A stretch of 64,000 bases of DNA from Patescibacteria group bacterium (GTDB lineage: Bacteria; Patescibacteriota; JABMPQ01; JAQVVF01): the NCBI GenBank assembly GCA_028699085.1, contig JAQVVF010000002.1:3074-67073 (forward strand). The letters run 5' to 3'. Below are positions 37,364-46,717 of this stretch, piece by piece. The notes under the pieces were generated by a model. It was not told the DNA's origin. It did no database searches and saw only the letters and a list, made by a program, of their open reading frames with translations. Both the position numbers and the translations under genes were made by a program. Each line of letters opens with the position of its first letter. Positions within the stretch are counted from its first letter, which is position 1.

Positions 37364-39073
37364 TTAATCAATTTTAAAATCAATCAATCTAAGTTGTAAA
37401 ATTCTCTCTCCATTCCATTCGTTACAATCAAGCTGAAAAACTATATCCATTTTTCCACTTTTATTTAGTTCTTCAATTCGATGTCCATGATTAAAACCAA
37501 TCACATCAAAAATACGATTATCAGAATTTGATTTAATTTTCATTTTCAAATGCTTCTTTGTTTTTCCAACAGGATAAGCATTAACAACTTGAATATCTTT
37601 TGCTAAAAAAACTGGTTTTTGATTTCCCATTCCATGCGGTTCAAAATCTAATAATCTTTCATATAAATTCCAATTCACATCTTTAAAATCGATTTCACTA
37701 TCGATTTCAATTACTGGCTGTAAATCTTTTTCAGTCAATTTTTCAGAAGCTAACTTCTCTAATTTTTCATGAAACTTCTCAAAATTTTCGTTTTTTAAAG
37801 AGAAACCAGCTGCCTGTTTATGTCCGCCATATTCCAATAATAAATCCTTGCAAGAAGAAATTGCAGAAATAATATCGAAAGCTGGAATACTACGAGCCGA
37901 ACCAACAGATTCTATTAGGCCTCTACCGCAAATCAAAGTCGGTCGATTATATTCTTCACAAATTTTGCCAGCCACAATTCCGACAACACCCAAAGGCCAT
38001 TTCCAACCAGATGCCATTAATACTTTTTGATTTTTAAAATCACCAATTTTCTTTTTAGCTTCATCAACTAATTTACTTGTCAAAGCTTGACGACTTGAAT
38101 TTGTTTTATCAATTTTTTTAGAAAGCCAAACAGCCTTATCTAAATCTTCCGTAATCAACAGCATATATGAAGCAGAAGCACGATCCATTCTCCCTGCTGA
38201 ATTAATTCTTGGTGCAATTACAAAACCGACTCTATCGCTATCAACAGTCTTAGCATCAACACGAGCTATTTGCATTAAACTTTGCAAACCAATTCTTTGA
38301 GTCTCTTTTATAATCTTCAGACCGTATTTAACTAAAGTTCTATTTTCAGAAAGAATTGGTGAACAATCCGCGATTGTTCCAATTGTTACCAAATCAAGCA
38401 AGCTCTTTTCCCAACCATCTGCTACTTTTACCCCAGATTCAAATTTTGAAATTATTGCTTGAGCTAATTTGAATGTAATTCCCACGCCAGCCAATTCTTT
38501 ATACGGATATTTATCGCCATTTCTTTTAGAATCTACCACAATATATTTTTTATCAAAATTTTCAGGCACATTATGATGATCAGTTATAACACAATCAATT
38601 CCATATTTTTCTTTTGCATAATCAATCTCTTTTCTATTTGAAACACCACAATCACAACTAACAATTAATTTAATATCTTTTTTTGCCAACCAATCAATCG
38701 CTTTTTTATTCATACCATAGCCTTCCGAAACTCGATCAGGAATATAAACCTGGCCAGCCAAACCAATTTTTTTGAATAATTCAGTCAATAAAACAGACGA
38801 AGTCACTCCGTCTGCATCATAGTCACCAAAAATTGCAACACGCTCTTTATTTTTGATTGCTAACAATAATCTATCAACTGCTCGATCCATATCTTTTAAT
38901 AAAAAAGGATCAAACAAGTCTTTTGAATAATCCGGATTAAAAAATTCATCAATTTTTTCTTGATTATCAATCCCACGATTATGTAATAATTGCAAAATCA
39001 CAGAATCATATTCCGGGAATTGACTTACAATGTCATTGCTTATTTTTTGTTTGACTTTCCAAAATTTTTCCAT
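37364..39073 (-). CDS. recJ: Single-stranded-DNA-specific exonuclease RecJ
   Basis: DHH motifs (VAIFGDYDADGVTS, DCGVSN, ITDHH) and a DHHA1 region (GGHKQAAGF). Confidence 0.85.
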   Translation of the reverse strand: MEKFWKVKQKISNDIVSQFPEYDSVILQLLHNRGIDNQEKIDEFFNPDYSKDLFDPFLLKDMDRAVDRLLLAIKNKERVAIFGDYDADGVTSSVLLTELFKKIGLAGQVYIPDRVSEGYGMNKKAIDWLAKKDIKLIVSCDCGVSNRKEIDYAKEKYGIDCVITDHHNVPENFDKKYIVVDSKRNGDKYPYKELAGVGITFKLAQAIISKFESGVKVADGWEKSLLDLVTIGTIADCSPILSENRTLVKYGLKIIKETQRIGLQSLMQIARVDAKTVDSDRVGFVIAPRINSAGRMDRASASYMLLITEDLDKAVWLSKKIDKTNSSRQALTSKLVDEAKKKIGDFKNQKVLMASGWKWPLGVVGIVAGKICEEYNRPTLICGRGLIESVGSARSIPAFDIISAISSCKDLLLEYGGHKQAAGFSLKNENFEKFHEKLEKLASEKLTEKDLQPVIEIDSEIDFKDVNWNLYERLLDFEPHGMGNQKPVFLAKDIQVVNAYPVGKTKKHLKMKIKSNSDNRIFDVIGFNHGHRIEELNKSGKMDIVFQLDCNEWNGERILQLRLIDFKID

Positions 39074-39210
39074 AATTTCTAATTATCAATTTCTAATTTC
39101 TATTAAATTTCTAATGCATTAATTATCTAATCTTGAACAAAAAAACAAGTTTTCGTTTAGAAATTAGAAATTAATAATTTAATAGAAATTAAAAATTAGA
39201 AATTAAAAAT
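39074..39210. repeat. AT-rich inverted-repeat intergenic element (TTCTAATTT / AAATTAGAA family)
   Basis: The left arm AATTTCTAATTATCAATTTCTAATTTCTATTAAATTTCTAAT is opposed by a right arm TTTAGAAATTAGAAATTAATAATTTAATAGAAATTAAAAATTAGAAATT. Its core CTAATTTCTATTAAATTT is shared with the element at 14720-14865. Confidence 0.55.
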
Positions 39211-40263
39211 TTTGCTTGCAATCATCAATTCTTCATCAGTCTCGATTGCTTTAATTTCTACATTCTTCAAAAATGGCAAACCATTACAAATAGCTTCACG
39301 AGTCAAAGGATCTCCAGATCCAATTGATCCAGTAAATATCAAGACATCAAGCCCTCCCAAAATTGAATAATAAGCGCCTATATATTTTTTTACTCGATAA
39401 ACAAAAATATCAAAAGCAATTAAAGCAATCTTTTCATTTTTTTTAACTCTTTCCAAAACTTTCAACCAGTCTGTTTCACCACATAATGCTAAAATACCAG
39501 ATTTAAAATTCAAAATTTCTTCAATTTGGTCAGCTGTTAGATTTTCTTTCTTCTGCAAATACGTTACAACAGCTGGATCAATATCACCACACCTACTCAT
39601 CATCATCAAGCCTTCTAATGGCGTAAAACCCATTGATATATCAACAGATTTGCCATTCTCGATTGCACAAACAGAACATCCTCCACCCAGATGGCAAGAG
39701 ATTATTCGCAAATTTTTTACTTTTTCCTTGTCACTTTTTACTTTTGAATTTTGACTTTTAACTTTTTCACTCACATACTCATGAGAAATTCCATGAAATC
39801 CATATCGCCTAATCCCATACTTTTTAACATATTTATCACTAATCCCGTATCTCCAAGCTCTCTCTGGAATACTCTGATGGAAAGCAGTATCAAAAACAGC
39901 CACATTCAAAACATTTGGCAAAAGTTTCATCGCTGCCTTAATTCCCATCAAATTTGCTGGATTATGCAATGGCGCTAATTTACTTATATTTTCCAAATCC
40001 TTTAAAACGCTTTCATTAATTTCAATTGGCTCAATAAATTTTGTCCCTCCATGAACAACGCGATGACCAATTTTCACAATATCATCTTTATATTCCTTGA
40101 TTCCTTCCAAGACAATTCCCAAAGCCTGCTCATGATCTTTAACTTCGTTTTCACCAATGTGTTCGATATATCCAGATCTAATTAATTTTAAGTCAACCTC
40201 TGAAAATAATTTATACTTTAAAGAAGTTGAACCTGAATTTATTACCAATATATGTTTTTGCAT
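39196..40263 (-). CDS. ackA: Acetate kinase
   Basis: N-terminal ILVINSGSTSLKYKLF, and HLGGGCSV...SMGFTPLEGLMMMSRCGDIDP motifs. Confidence 0.8.
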   Translation of the reverse strand: MQKHILVINSGSTSLKYKLFSEVDLKLIRSGYIEHIGENEVKDHEQALGIVLEGIKEYKDDIVKIGHRVVHGGTKFIEPIEINESVLKDLENISKLAPLHNPANLMGIKAAMKLLPNVLNVAVFDTAFHQSIPERAWRYGISDKYVKKYGIRRYGFHGISHEYVSEKVKSQNSKVKSDKEKVKNLRIISCHLGGGCSVCAIENGKSVDISMGFTPLEGLMMMSRCGDIDPAVVTYLQKKENLTADQIEEILNFKSGILALCGETDWLKVLERVKKNEKIALIAFDIFVYRVKKYIGAYYSILGGLDVLIFTGSIGSGDPLTREAICNGLPFLKNVEIKAIETDEELMIASKIFNF

Positions 40264-40272
40264 AAAATTAAA

Positions 40273-40803
40273 TTATTTTTTTTCTGGCACAGGCAAACCA
40301 ATCTTCTGCAAAGGTAAATAATTAAAATAATATGAACATCCTTTGATAGAAATTACATAATCCAGAACATCTTTATAAACAGGATTCTTAAACCAATCAT
40401 TCAAAATATAAATATATTCAACCTCGACATTTAGCCTTGATAGAAGTTTTCGGTACTGTTTTATTTTAAAATCACAAGTCTGCAACTTTTCATCAGTTGA
40501 ACCAGCAACATTTTGAAATTTTATCTCGAGAATAAAAAAAGTATTGTTCACAATAACAAAAATTGCATCATCTGGCAAAAGCTTTTTTGAAATAAAATCT
40601 TTATAATCTATTTTCATCTCTTTTAAATATACATACAAACTATTCTTCTTATAAGATTTAGCAACTTCATCTTTTTTGTAATAAATTTTATGCCCAACAA
40701 CATTATAATTCATTTGCTTCTTTATAAATGTCAAAAAATCAACCTTTCCCTCATAATAAAGACCAGTTTTTGTATTAGCGCCTCCAATACCACCTTTTTT
40801 CAT
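40273..40803 (-). CDS. Candidate type II restriction endonuclease (PD-(D/E)xK-like)
   Basis: Immediately downstream of, and co-oriented with, the DNA methyltransferase gene. Carries a PDDAIFVIV...FFILEIKFQ pattern resembling a D...E.K catalytic core. No other recognisable motifs. Confidence 0.4.
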   Translation of the reverse strand: MKKGGIGGANTKTGLYYEGKVDFLTFIKKQMNYNVVGHKIYYKKDEVAKSYKKNSLYVYLKEMKIDYKDFISKKLLPDDAIFVIVNNTFFILEIKFQNVAGSTDEKLQTCDFKIKQYRKLLSRLNVEVEYIYILNDWFKNPVYKDVLDYVISIKGCSYYFNYLPLQKIGLPVPEKK

Positions 40804-40814
40804 ATTTTTTTAAA

Positions 40815-41609
40815 TTATTTATTATTTTCTTCTAATTCCTTAAATCTTTTAATTGATAAATCCAAATATTGTTTCTCGATATCAATTCCTATAAATTTTC
40901 TACCAAACATATATGCAGCTAAACCAGTTGTTGAACTTCCGGTAAAGGGATCTAAGACTAAATCGCCTTTATTTGTACTTGCCAAAACTATTCTTTTTAA
41001 TAAATCCAATGGTTTTTGTGTCGGGTGCTTACCAAATTTTTTTTCAACTACTTTAGGAGTATTAATCGACCAAACAGACCTCATTTGTAATCCTGGCTTT
41101 TTTATTTGATCTTCTGGCCAATCACCATTTTTCATTAAATCATAATTAAAAGTATGCTTTGCCTTCTTCTCTTTTCTGGCCCAAATTAAAGTCTCATGAC
41201 TTGCGGTAAAAAAACGACAACTTAAATTAGGCGATGCATTTGGTTTAAACCAAGATATATCATTCAAAATATGAAAACCAGCTCCCTGCAACGCAAAACC
41301 ACATTGAAATATAGAATGATATGTTCCACTAATCCAAATAGAACCTCCTGGCTTTAAAACTCTTTTACAAGTCTTTATCCAATTAAAATGAAACAAAAAA
41401 TTCTTCTTTGTACCATTGCTCAAATCCCAATTGCCCTTCTTGACACTAACCATTTTACCATTTTGACAAGTAAAACTACCACTAGAAAGAAAATAAGGCG
41501 GATCCGCAAAAATCATATCGACCGAATTTTCTTTTATGTTCTTCAAAATATTCAAACAATTAGCATTATAAAGTTTGAATCTAGGCTCTTCAAAATAAAT
41601 TTTATTCAT
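40815..41609 (-). CDS. DNA methyltransferase (beta-class N6A/N4C, DPPY motif)
   Basis: MIFADPPYFLSS catalytic motif IV in the N-terminal region, and motif I FTGSSTTGLAA near the C-terminus (circularly permuted beta-class order). Confidence 0.8.
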   Translation of the reverse strand: MNKIYFEEPRFKLYNANCLNILKNIKENSVDMIFADPPYFLSSGSFTCQNGKMVSVKKGNWDLSNGTKKNFLFHFNWIKTCKRVLKPGGSIWISGTYHSIFQCGFALQGAGFHILNDISWFKPNASPNLSCRFFTASHETLIWARKEKKAKHTFNYDLMKNGDWPEDQIKKPGLQMRSVWSINTPKVVEKKFGKHPTQKPLDLLKRIVLASTNKGDLVLDPFTGSSTTGLAAYMFGRKFIGIDIEKQYLDLSIKRFKELEENNK

Positions 41610-41623
41610 ATACTTTTTAAATT

Positions 41624-42196
41624 TTACTTTTTAACAATTAATTCACCGATATCTCCATTTTCTACTCCTGCAGAATTTGCTTCATCAGTATCAATTTGAA
41701 AAAAGAATTGAAAATTTTCTTTCACTCTAACAACTACATTATTAAATAATAATCCACGATCACCAAAACATGAAACAGAAACTCTTTGTCCATCTTTCAA
41801 ATTTAATTCTTTAGCCTGTTTTTCTGAAATATGGATATGCCTCATTGCCAAAATCAATCCTTCTAGCAAATCGACAGATCCGTTAGGTCCAATTAATTTA
41901 ATAGGCGCTGAACCAACTACATCTCCAGAAACTCTTAATGGAGGAATATTGCCCAACATAAAACCATCAGTTTTCGAAACTTCTACTTGAGTTCTCGGTC
42001 GGACAGGTCCAATAATTCTAACTTTTTCAATTTTATTTTTTGGCCCTACAACTTGCAAAGTTTCTTCACAAGCAAATTCGCCTTCTTGCGATAAATCTGC
42101 TTTTTTTGTTAATTTATGACCTTTTCCAAAAAGCGAATCTAAATGTTCTTGACTCAAATGAATATGTCGAGCGCTAACTTCAATTTTTATTTTCAT
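41624..42196 (-). CDS. pduL: PduL-type phosphate acyltransferase
   Basis: Two PduL half-domains carrying SARHIHLS and AMRHIHISE motifs. Confidence 0.75.
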   Translation of the reverse strand: MKIKIEVSARHIHLSQEHLDSLFGKGHKLTKKADLSQEGEFACEETLQVVGPKNKIEKVRIIGPVRPRTQVEVSKTDGFMLGNIPPLRVSGDVVGSAPIKLIGPNGSVDLLEGLILAMRHIHISEKQAKELNLKDGQRVSVSCFGDRGLLFNNVVVRVKENFQFFFQIDTDEANSAGVENGDIGELIVKK

Positions 42197-42214
42197 AATT
42201 CAAAATTAAATTCT

Positions 42215-43825
42215 TTATATTGCTTTAGTTAAATCAATTCCCGTCATCTCCGCTGGTTTTTCAATGCCCATTAATGCCAAAATTGTTGGCGCAACATCAG
42301 CCAAGGCACCAGTAGGAGATTCTAAGCTCAAATCTGTATTATCAGATTTCCGTTCCAAACCCTTGCCAATCAAAATTAATGGCACTGGATTTGCAGTATG
42401 TTCTTTCTCACTTCGGCCTGTTTGCAAATTAATTTTTTCTTCGCAATTACCATGATCAGCAGTCAAAACTACTACGCCATTATTATTCATTACTTCTGGA
42501 ATTATTTTTTGCAAACAAGAATCCACAAAATCCAAACCTTTTACTGTAGCCTCAATATTTCCGGTATGCCCAACCATATCTGGATTAGCAAAATTAATTA
42601 AAACAAAACTATACCTTTCCTTTATTGCCTTAAGAGCTTCAGAAGTGACGCCTTCTGCTGACATCTCCGGTTTTTCGTCATAAGATTCTACTTTTGGAGA
42701 TGCCACAACTTTATGTATCTCACCTGCAAAAGTTTTCTCGCGTCCGCAGTTAAAAAAGAAAGTGACATGTGCAAATTTTTCTGTTTCAGCAACATGAAAT
42801 TGTTTTAAATTCTTTTTACTGATAATTTCTGATAAGCCATTTGGAGTTTCTTTTTGCTGAAAAGCAATATGATCGCATAATCCTTTTTTATATTCAGTAA
42901 AACAAACAAAAAATAAATCTTCAATTTTTTCACGTTTAAAACCTTTGAAATCATCACTAACAAAAGCTTCTGTAACTTGTCTCGCTCGATCAGTTCGATA
43001 ATTGAAAAAGATTACTGAATCACCTTTTGAAATCTTAGTAACTGGTTTTTCTTTTGATCCTAAAACAACCGGCTCCATCTGCTCATCATAAACTTTTTTA
43101 TTATATGAATCCTTGATTGCTGAAATCGGATCAGAAAAATATTTTCCTTTACCTAGCACCATCGCATTATAGGCTTTTTCAACTCTATCCCAATTATCAT
43201 CTCGATCCATTACATAATATCTACCACTCATTGTCGCTATTTTACCTACTGAAAACCATCCACTTGTTTCCTTTTGAATTCTTCTAACCATATCTATTCC
43301 TGAATCTTTTGGCATATCTCTTCCATCCATAAAACAATGAATAAAAACTTTTTTAACTCTATTCTGCTTAGCTAATTTTAATAACGCAAATAAATGCTCA
43401 ATATGCGCATGTATACCGCCACTACTAATCAAACCCATCAAATGCAAACTGCTTTTATTTTTTTTGACATGTTCAATCGCACCCATCAAAGCTTCATTTT
43501 TAAAAAAGGTCTTATTTAAAATAGCTGTATTTATTAACGGCAAGCTTTGGTAAGAAATTCTTCCTGCTCCCAAATTACCATGACCGACTTCTGAATTTCC
43601 CATATCTCTCCATGGCAAACCAACTTCCTCGCCAGAAGCTTGAATTGTTGTATGAATATAAGTTTTTAGCAATTCATTATAATAAGGCATCTTTGCTTGC
43701 GTAACGCAATTTCCTTTACCTGGAGGAGCAATTCCAAATCCATCTAGAATAATTAATACTGCTTGTTTATATTTTGTAGACATAAATTTTCTATTTCCAA
43801 TTCTCAATTTACAATAAATTTTCAA
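42215..43825 (-). CDS. gpmI: 2,3-bisphosphoglycerate-independent phosphoglycerate mutase
   Basis: AVLIILDGFG...SEVGHGNLGAGR... and a metalloenzyme domain typical of iPGM. Confidence 0.9.
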   Translation of the reverse strand: MKIYCKLRIGNRKFMSTKYKQAVLIILDGFGIAPPGKGNCVTQAKMPYYNELLKTYIHTTIQASGEEVGLPWRDMGNSEVGHGNLGAGRISYQSLPLINTAILNKTFFKNEALMGAIEHVKKNKSSLHLMGLISSGGIHAHIEHLFALLKLAKQNRVKKVFIHCFMDGRDMPKDSGIDMVRRIQKETSGWFSVGKIATMSGRYYVMDRDDNWDRVEKAYNAMVLGKGKYFSDPISAIKDSYNKKVYDEQMEPVVLGSKEKPVTKISKGDSVIFFNYRTDRARQVTEAFVSDDFKGFKREKIEDLFFVCFTEYKKGLCDHIAFQQKETPNGLSEIISKKNLKQFHVAETEKFAHVTFFFNCGREKTFAGEIHKVVASPKVESYDEKPEMSAEGVTSEALKAIKERYSFVLINFANPDMVGHTGNIEATVKGLDFVDSCLQKIIPEVMNNNGVVVLTADHGNCEEKINLQTGRSEKEHTANPVPLILIGKGLERKSDNTDLSLESPTGALADVAPTILALMGIEKPAEMTGIDLTKAI

Positions 43826-43905
43826 TAATCAATTCTCAAAAAATATCAAAAATTGAACATTAGAAATTGTAAATTGATTGGAAATTGATAACTGAAATTT
43901 GGTAA

Positions 43906-45147
43906 TTATTTCAATAGCTCTTCTATTTCCATCAACCTATTATATTTACACACTCTTTCTCCTCTCGATAATGATCCAGACTTAATCTGTGCAGCATTTG
44001 TTCCAACACAAAGATCAGCAATAAAAGTATCTACTGTCTCTCCAGATCGGTGCGAAATCATTGTCGCATAGCCTTTTGACTTTGCTAATTTTATGCATTC
44101 AAAAGTTTCTGTCAAAGTACCAATTTGATTTGGTTTTATCAAAACAGAATTTGCACAATTCTCGGCAATGCCTTTTTTTACTCTCTCAATATTTGTTACA
44201 AACAAATCATCACCAACAATTTGTATTTTGTCACCAAGTTTTTCAGTAATTTTTTTATAACCGTCCCAATCTTCTTCAGCCAAAGGGTCTTCAATACTTT
44301 TTATTGGATATTTTGTAACCCAATCATTCATCATTGCAATAAGATGATCTGACTCAATGCATTTTCCTGAATTTAAACAGTACCCTTTTTCCTTAGTATA
44401 AAAAGAAGATGCAGCTACATCCAATCCAATATTGACATCAGCACCTGGTTTATAACCAGCCTCCTCGATTGCTTTTATTATTGTCTCAATTGCATGTTCA
44501 TTATTATCCAATCTTGGTGCAAATCCGCCCTCATCGCCAACGCCGATCGAATATTCTCCTCTTTGTAAAATATCTTTCAACGCATGAAAAACTTCTGAAC
44601 CAACCCTGACTTTTTCATAAAGATTAATTGCGTTAGGTACAATCATAAATTCCTGAACATCCAATCCAGAATCAGCGTGTTTACCGCCATTGATAATATT
44701 AAAATAAGTATGCGGCAAAACAAAATTGTTATTACCAAAAATCTCTCCAATATATTGATATAATTCTAATTCTTTAGAATTACTAGCAGCAACACAACAT
44801 GCCAATGACACACCCAAAATTGCATTAGCCCCTAATTTTGATTTATTAGGCGTGCTATCTAAAGCAATCAAAGTTCGATCAATTTTTTCTTGCTTAAAAA
44901 CATCCATATTAATTAATCTTTCCGAAATAATATCATTGACATTCTTACATGCTCTAAGCACTCCTTTTCCGCCATATCTTTTTTTATCATTATCTCTTAA
45001 TTCCAAAGCCTCAAATTTTCCTGTTGAAGCGCCAGAAGGAACTCTAGCAATACCAAATTTTCCATCATCAAGACTAACTCTAACTTCAACAGTCGGTTCG
45101 CCTCTTGAATCTAAAATTTCACGAGCTCTAACTTTTTTTATTTTCAT
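43906..45147 (-). CDS. eno: Enolase
   Basis: REILDSRGEPTVEV N-terminus and the SHRSGET motif. Confidence 0.9.
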   Translation of the reverse strand: MKIKKVRAREILDSRGEPTVEVRVSLDDGKFGIARVPSGASTGKFEALELRDNDKKRYGGKGVLRACKNVNDIISERLINMDVFKQEKIDRTLIALDSTPNKSKLGANAILGVSLACCVAASNSKELELYQYIGEIFGNNNFVLPHTYFNIINGGKHADSGLDVQEFMIVPNAINLYEKVRVGSEVFHALKDILQRGEYSIGVGDEGGFAPRLDNNEHAIETIIKAIEEAGYKPGADVNIGLDVAASSFYTKEKGYCLNSGKCIESDHLIAMMNDWVTKYPIKSIEDPLAEEDWDGYKKITEKLGDKIQIVGDDLFVTNIERVKKGIAENCANSVLIKPNQIGTLTETFECIKLAKSKGYATMISHRSGETVDTFIADLCVGTNAAQIKSGSLSRGERVCKYNRLMEIEELLK

Positions 45148-45161
45148 AAATATTTTTAATT

Positions 45162-46325
45162 TTATTTATCTAATAAACATTCAATTCCCGGCATTGTTTT
45201 TCCCTCCAAAAATTCCAACATTGCTCCTCCGCCAGTTGATAAAAAATAAATTTTATCTTCTAAACCTAATTTTCTGATCGCCATTGAAGTTTCTCCGCCA
45301 CCAACAACAGCTTTTTTAACCTTTACCAATTCTCTCGCTAACTCATCAGTACCTTTTGCATATTTTTCATTTTCAAATTTTCCCATTGGCCCATTCCAAA
45401 CAAGCAATCTTGCTTTATCAATTTTCCTCTTAAACAGATCAATCGTCTTTGGTCCAATATCATAAATAAATTCATCACTATTAATTCCATTGCCTATATC
45501 AACAATTCTTGTCCCATCGCCGTTATCTTTTCCAACAGTTACATCAATGGGAATATCAATATTAGTATTTTTTAGAACTGTTTCTTTAATTAACGGAATC
45601 TCTTTTTTTTCAACCATTGATCCTCCAACATTCAAGCCATTCACCATAAAAATTGTATTTGATAATGCCCCTGCAACCAATAACTTATCAGCCTGCTTTG
45701 CCAACTTGTTTATCAAATTTAATTTAGTAGAAATTTTCGCTCCTCCTAAAATTACTAGATATGGGTGTTCTGGTTTTTCCAAAACCTCTGTCAATACATC
45801 AACTTCTTTTTCCAATAATAATCCAGCAACAGCGGGCAAAAATTTAGCTACTCCAGTAACCGAAGCATGAGCGCGATGCACAGATCCGAATCCATCAACA
45901 CAGAATATCTCACCCAAACTCGCTAATTTTTTAGCAAATTTTAAATCGCATTTTTCTTCTTCAGGATAGAATCTAACATTCTCTAGCAAGATGACTTCAC
46001 CAAATCTCGCCTTCTTCACTTTATCATTGACTTCTTGCCCAATACAGTCATCCAATTTCTCAACTTTTCTGCCTAGCATCTGACTCAAACTTTTCGCAAT
46101 TGGATCTAACCTTAATTCTTCGACAACTTTTCCTTTTGGTTTTCCAAGATGCGACATTAATACGACCTTAGCATTCTTTTTCACTAAATAATTTATTGTA
46201 TCCAAACTCTTTTTAATTTTGAAATCATCAAGAATTTTTCCATTTTCAATTGGTACATTAAAATCAGCTCTAACTAAAACAGTTTTATTTTTTACATCAA
46301 TATCTTTGATTGTTTTCTTATTCAT
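45162..46325 (-). CDS. pgk: Phosphoglycerate kinase
   Basis: VRADFNVP N-terminus and the GGGA/GGGE hinge motifs. Confidence 0.9.
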   Translation of the reverse strand: MNKKTIKDIDVKNKTVLVRADFNVPIENGKILDDFKIKKSLDTINYLVKKNAKVVLMSHLGKPKGKVVEELRLDPIAKSLSQMLGRKVEKLDDCIGQEVNDKVKKARFGEVILLENVRFYPEEEKCDLKFAKKLASLGEIFCVDGFGSVHRAHASVTGVAKFLPAVAGLLLEKEVDVLTEVLEKPEHPYLVILGGAKISTKLNLINKLAKQADKLLVAGALSNTIFMVNGLNVGGSMVEKKEIPLIKETVLKNTNIDIPIDVTVGKDNGDGTRIVDIGNGINSDEFIYDIGPKTIDLFKRKIDKARLLVWNGPMGKFENEKYAKGTDELARELVKVKKAVVGGGETSMAIRKLGLEDKIYFLSTGGGAMLEFLEGKTMPGIECLLDK

Positions 46326-46398
46326 TTTTTTACTTTTAACTTGTAGCTTTTTACCTGCCTACCGACAGGCAGGCTTTTTAATTTTGACCTTTTACTTT

Positions 46399-46656
46399 TT
46401 ACTCTCCTTCAATTTCAATCAATTTATATCCATTTTCACCTCGTTTTTCTATAATAACAATTTCTGAATTTTTAGCAATCGTACCCTTAGCCAACATTTT
46501 AATATTAAACTTTAAGTTATCGGCTAAAATCTCTTGCCCATGCTCAATAAACTTTCCCAATTCTATTTTAATCTTATCAATTTTTTTGAATTTATTTTTC
46601 TGAGCATAACTCAATGAAATCTTTAACAAATTGTCAGCGGCATGAAAATCATGCAT
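46399..46656 (-). CDS. HypA-like N-terminal domain protein (lacks the zinc-ribbon half)
   Basis: N-terminus MHDFHAADNLLKISLSYAQ resembles HypA (MHE.S.A..L...). The protein has 85 aa and no CxxC...CxxC. Confidence 0.4.
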   Translation of the reverse strand: MHDFHAADNLLKISLSYAQKNKFKKIDKIKIELGKFIEHGQEILADNLKFNIKMLAKGTIAKNSEIVIIEKRGENGYKLIEIEGE

Positions 46657-46717
46657 AGTAGTTCTTTTTACTTTTTACCTGTAGCTTTTTAATTTTTACT
46701 TTTGACTTTTACCTTTT

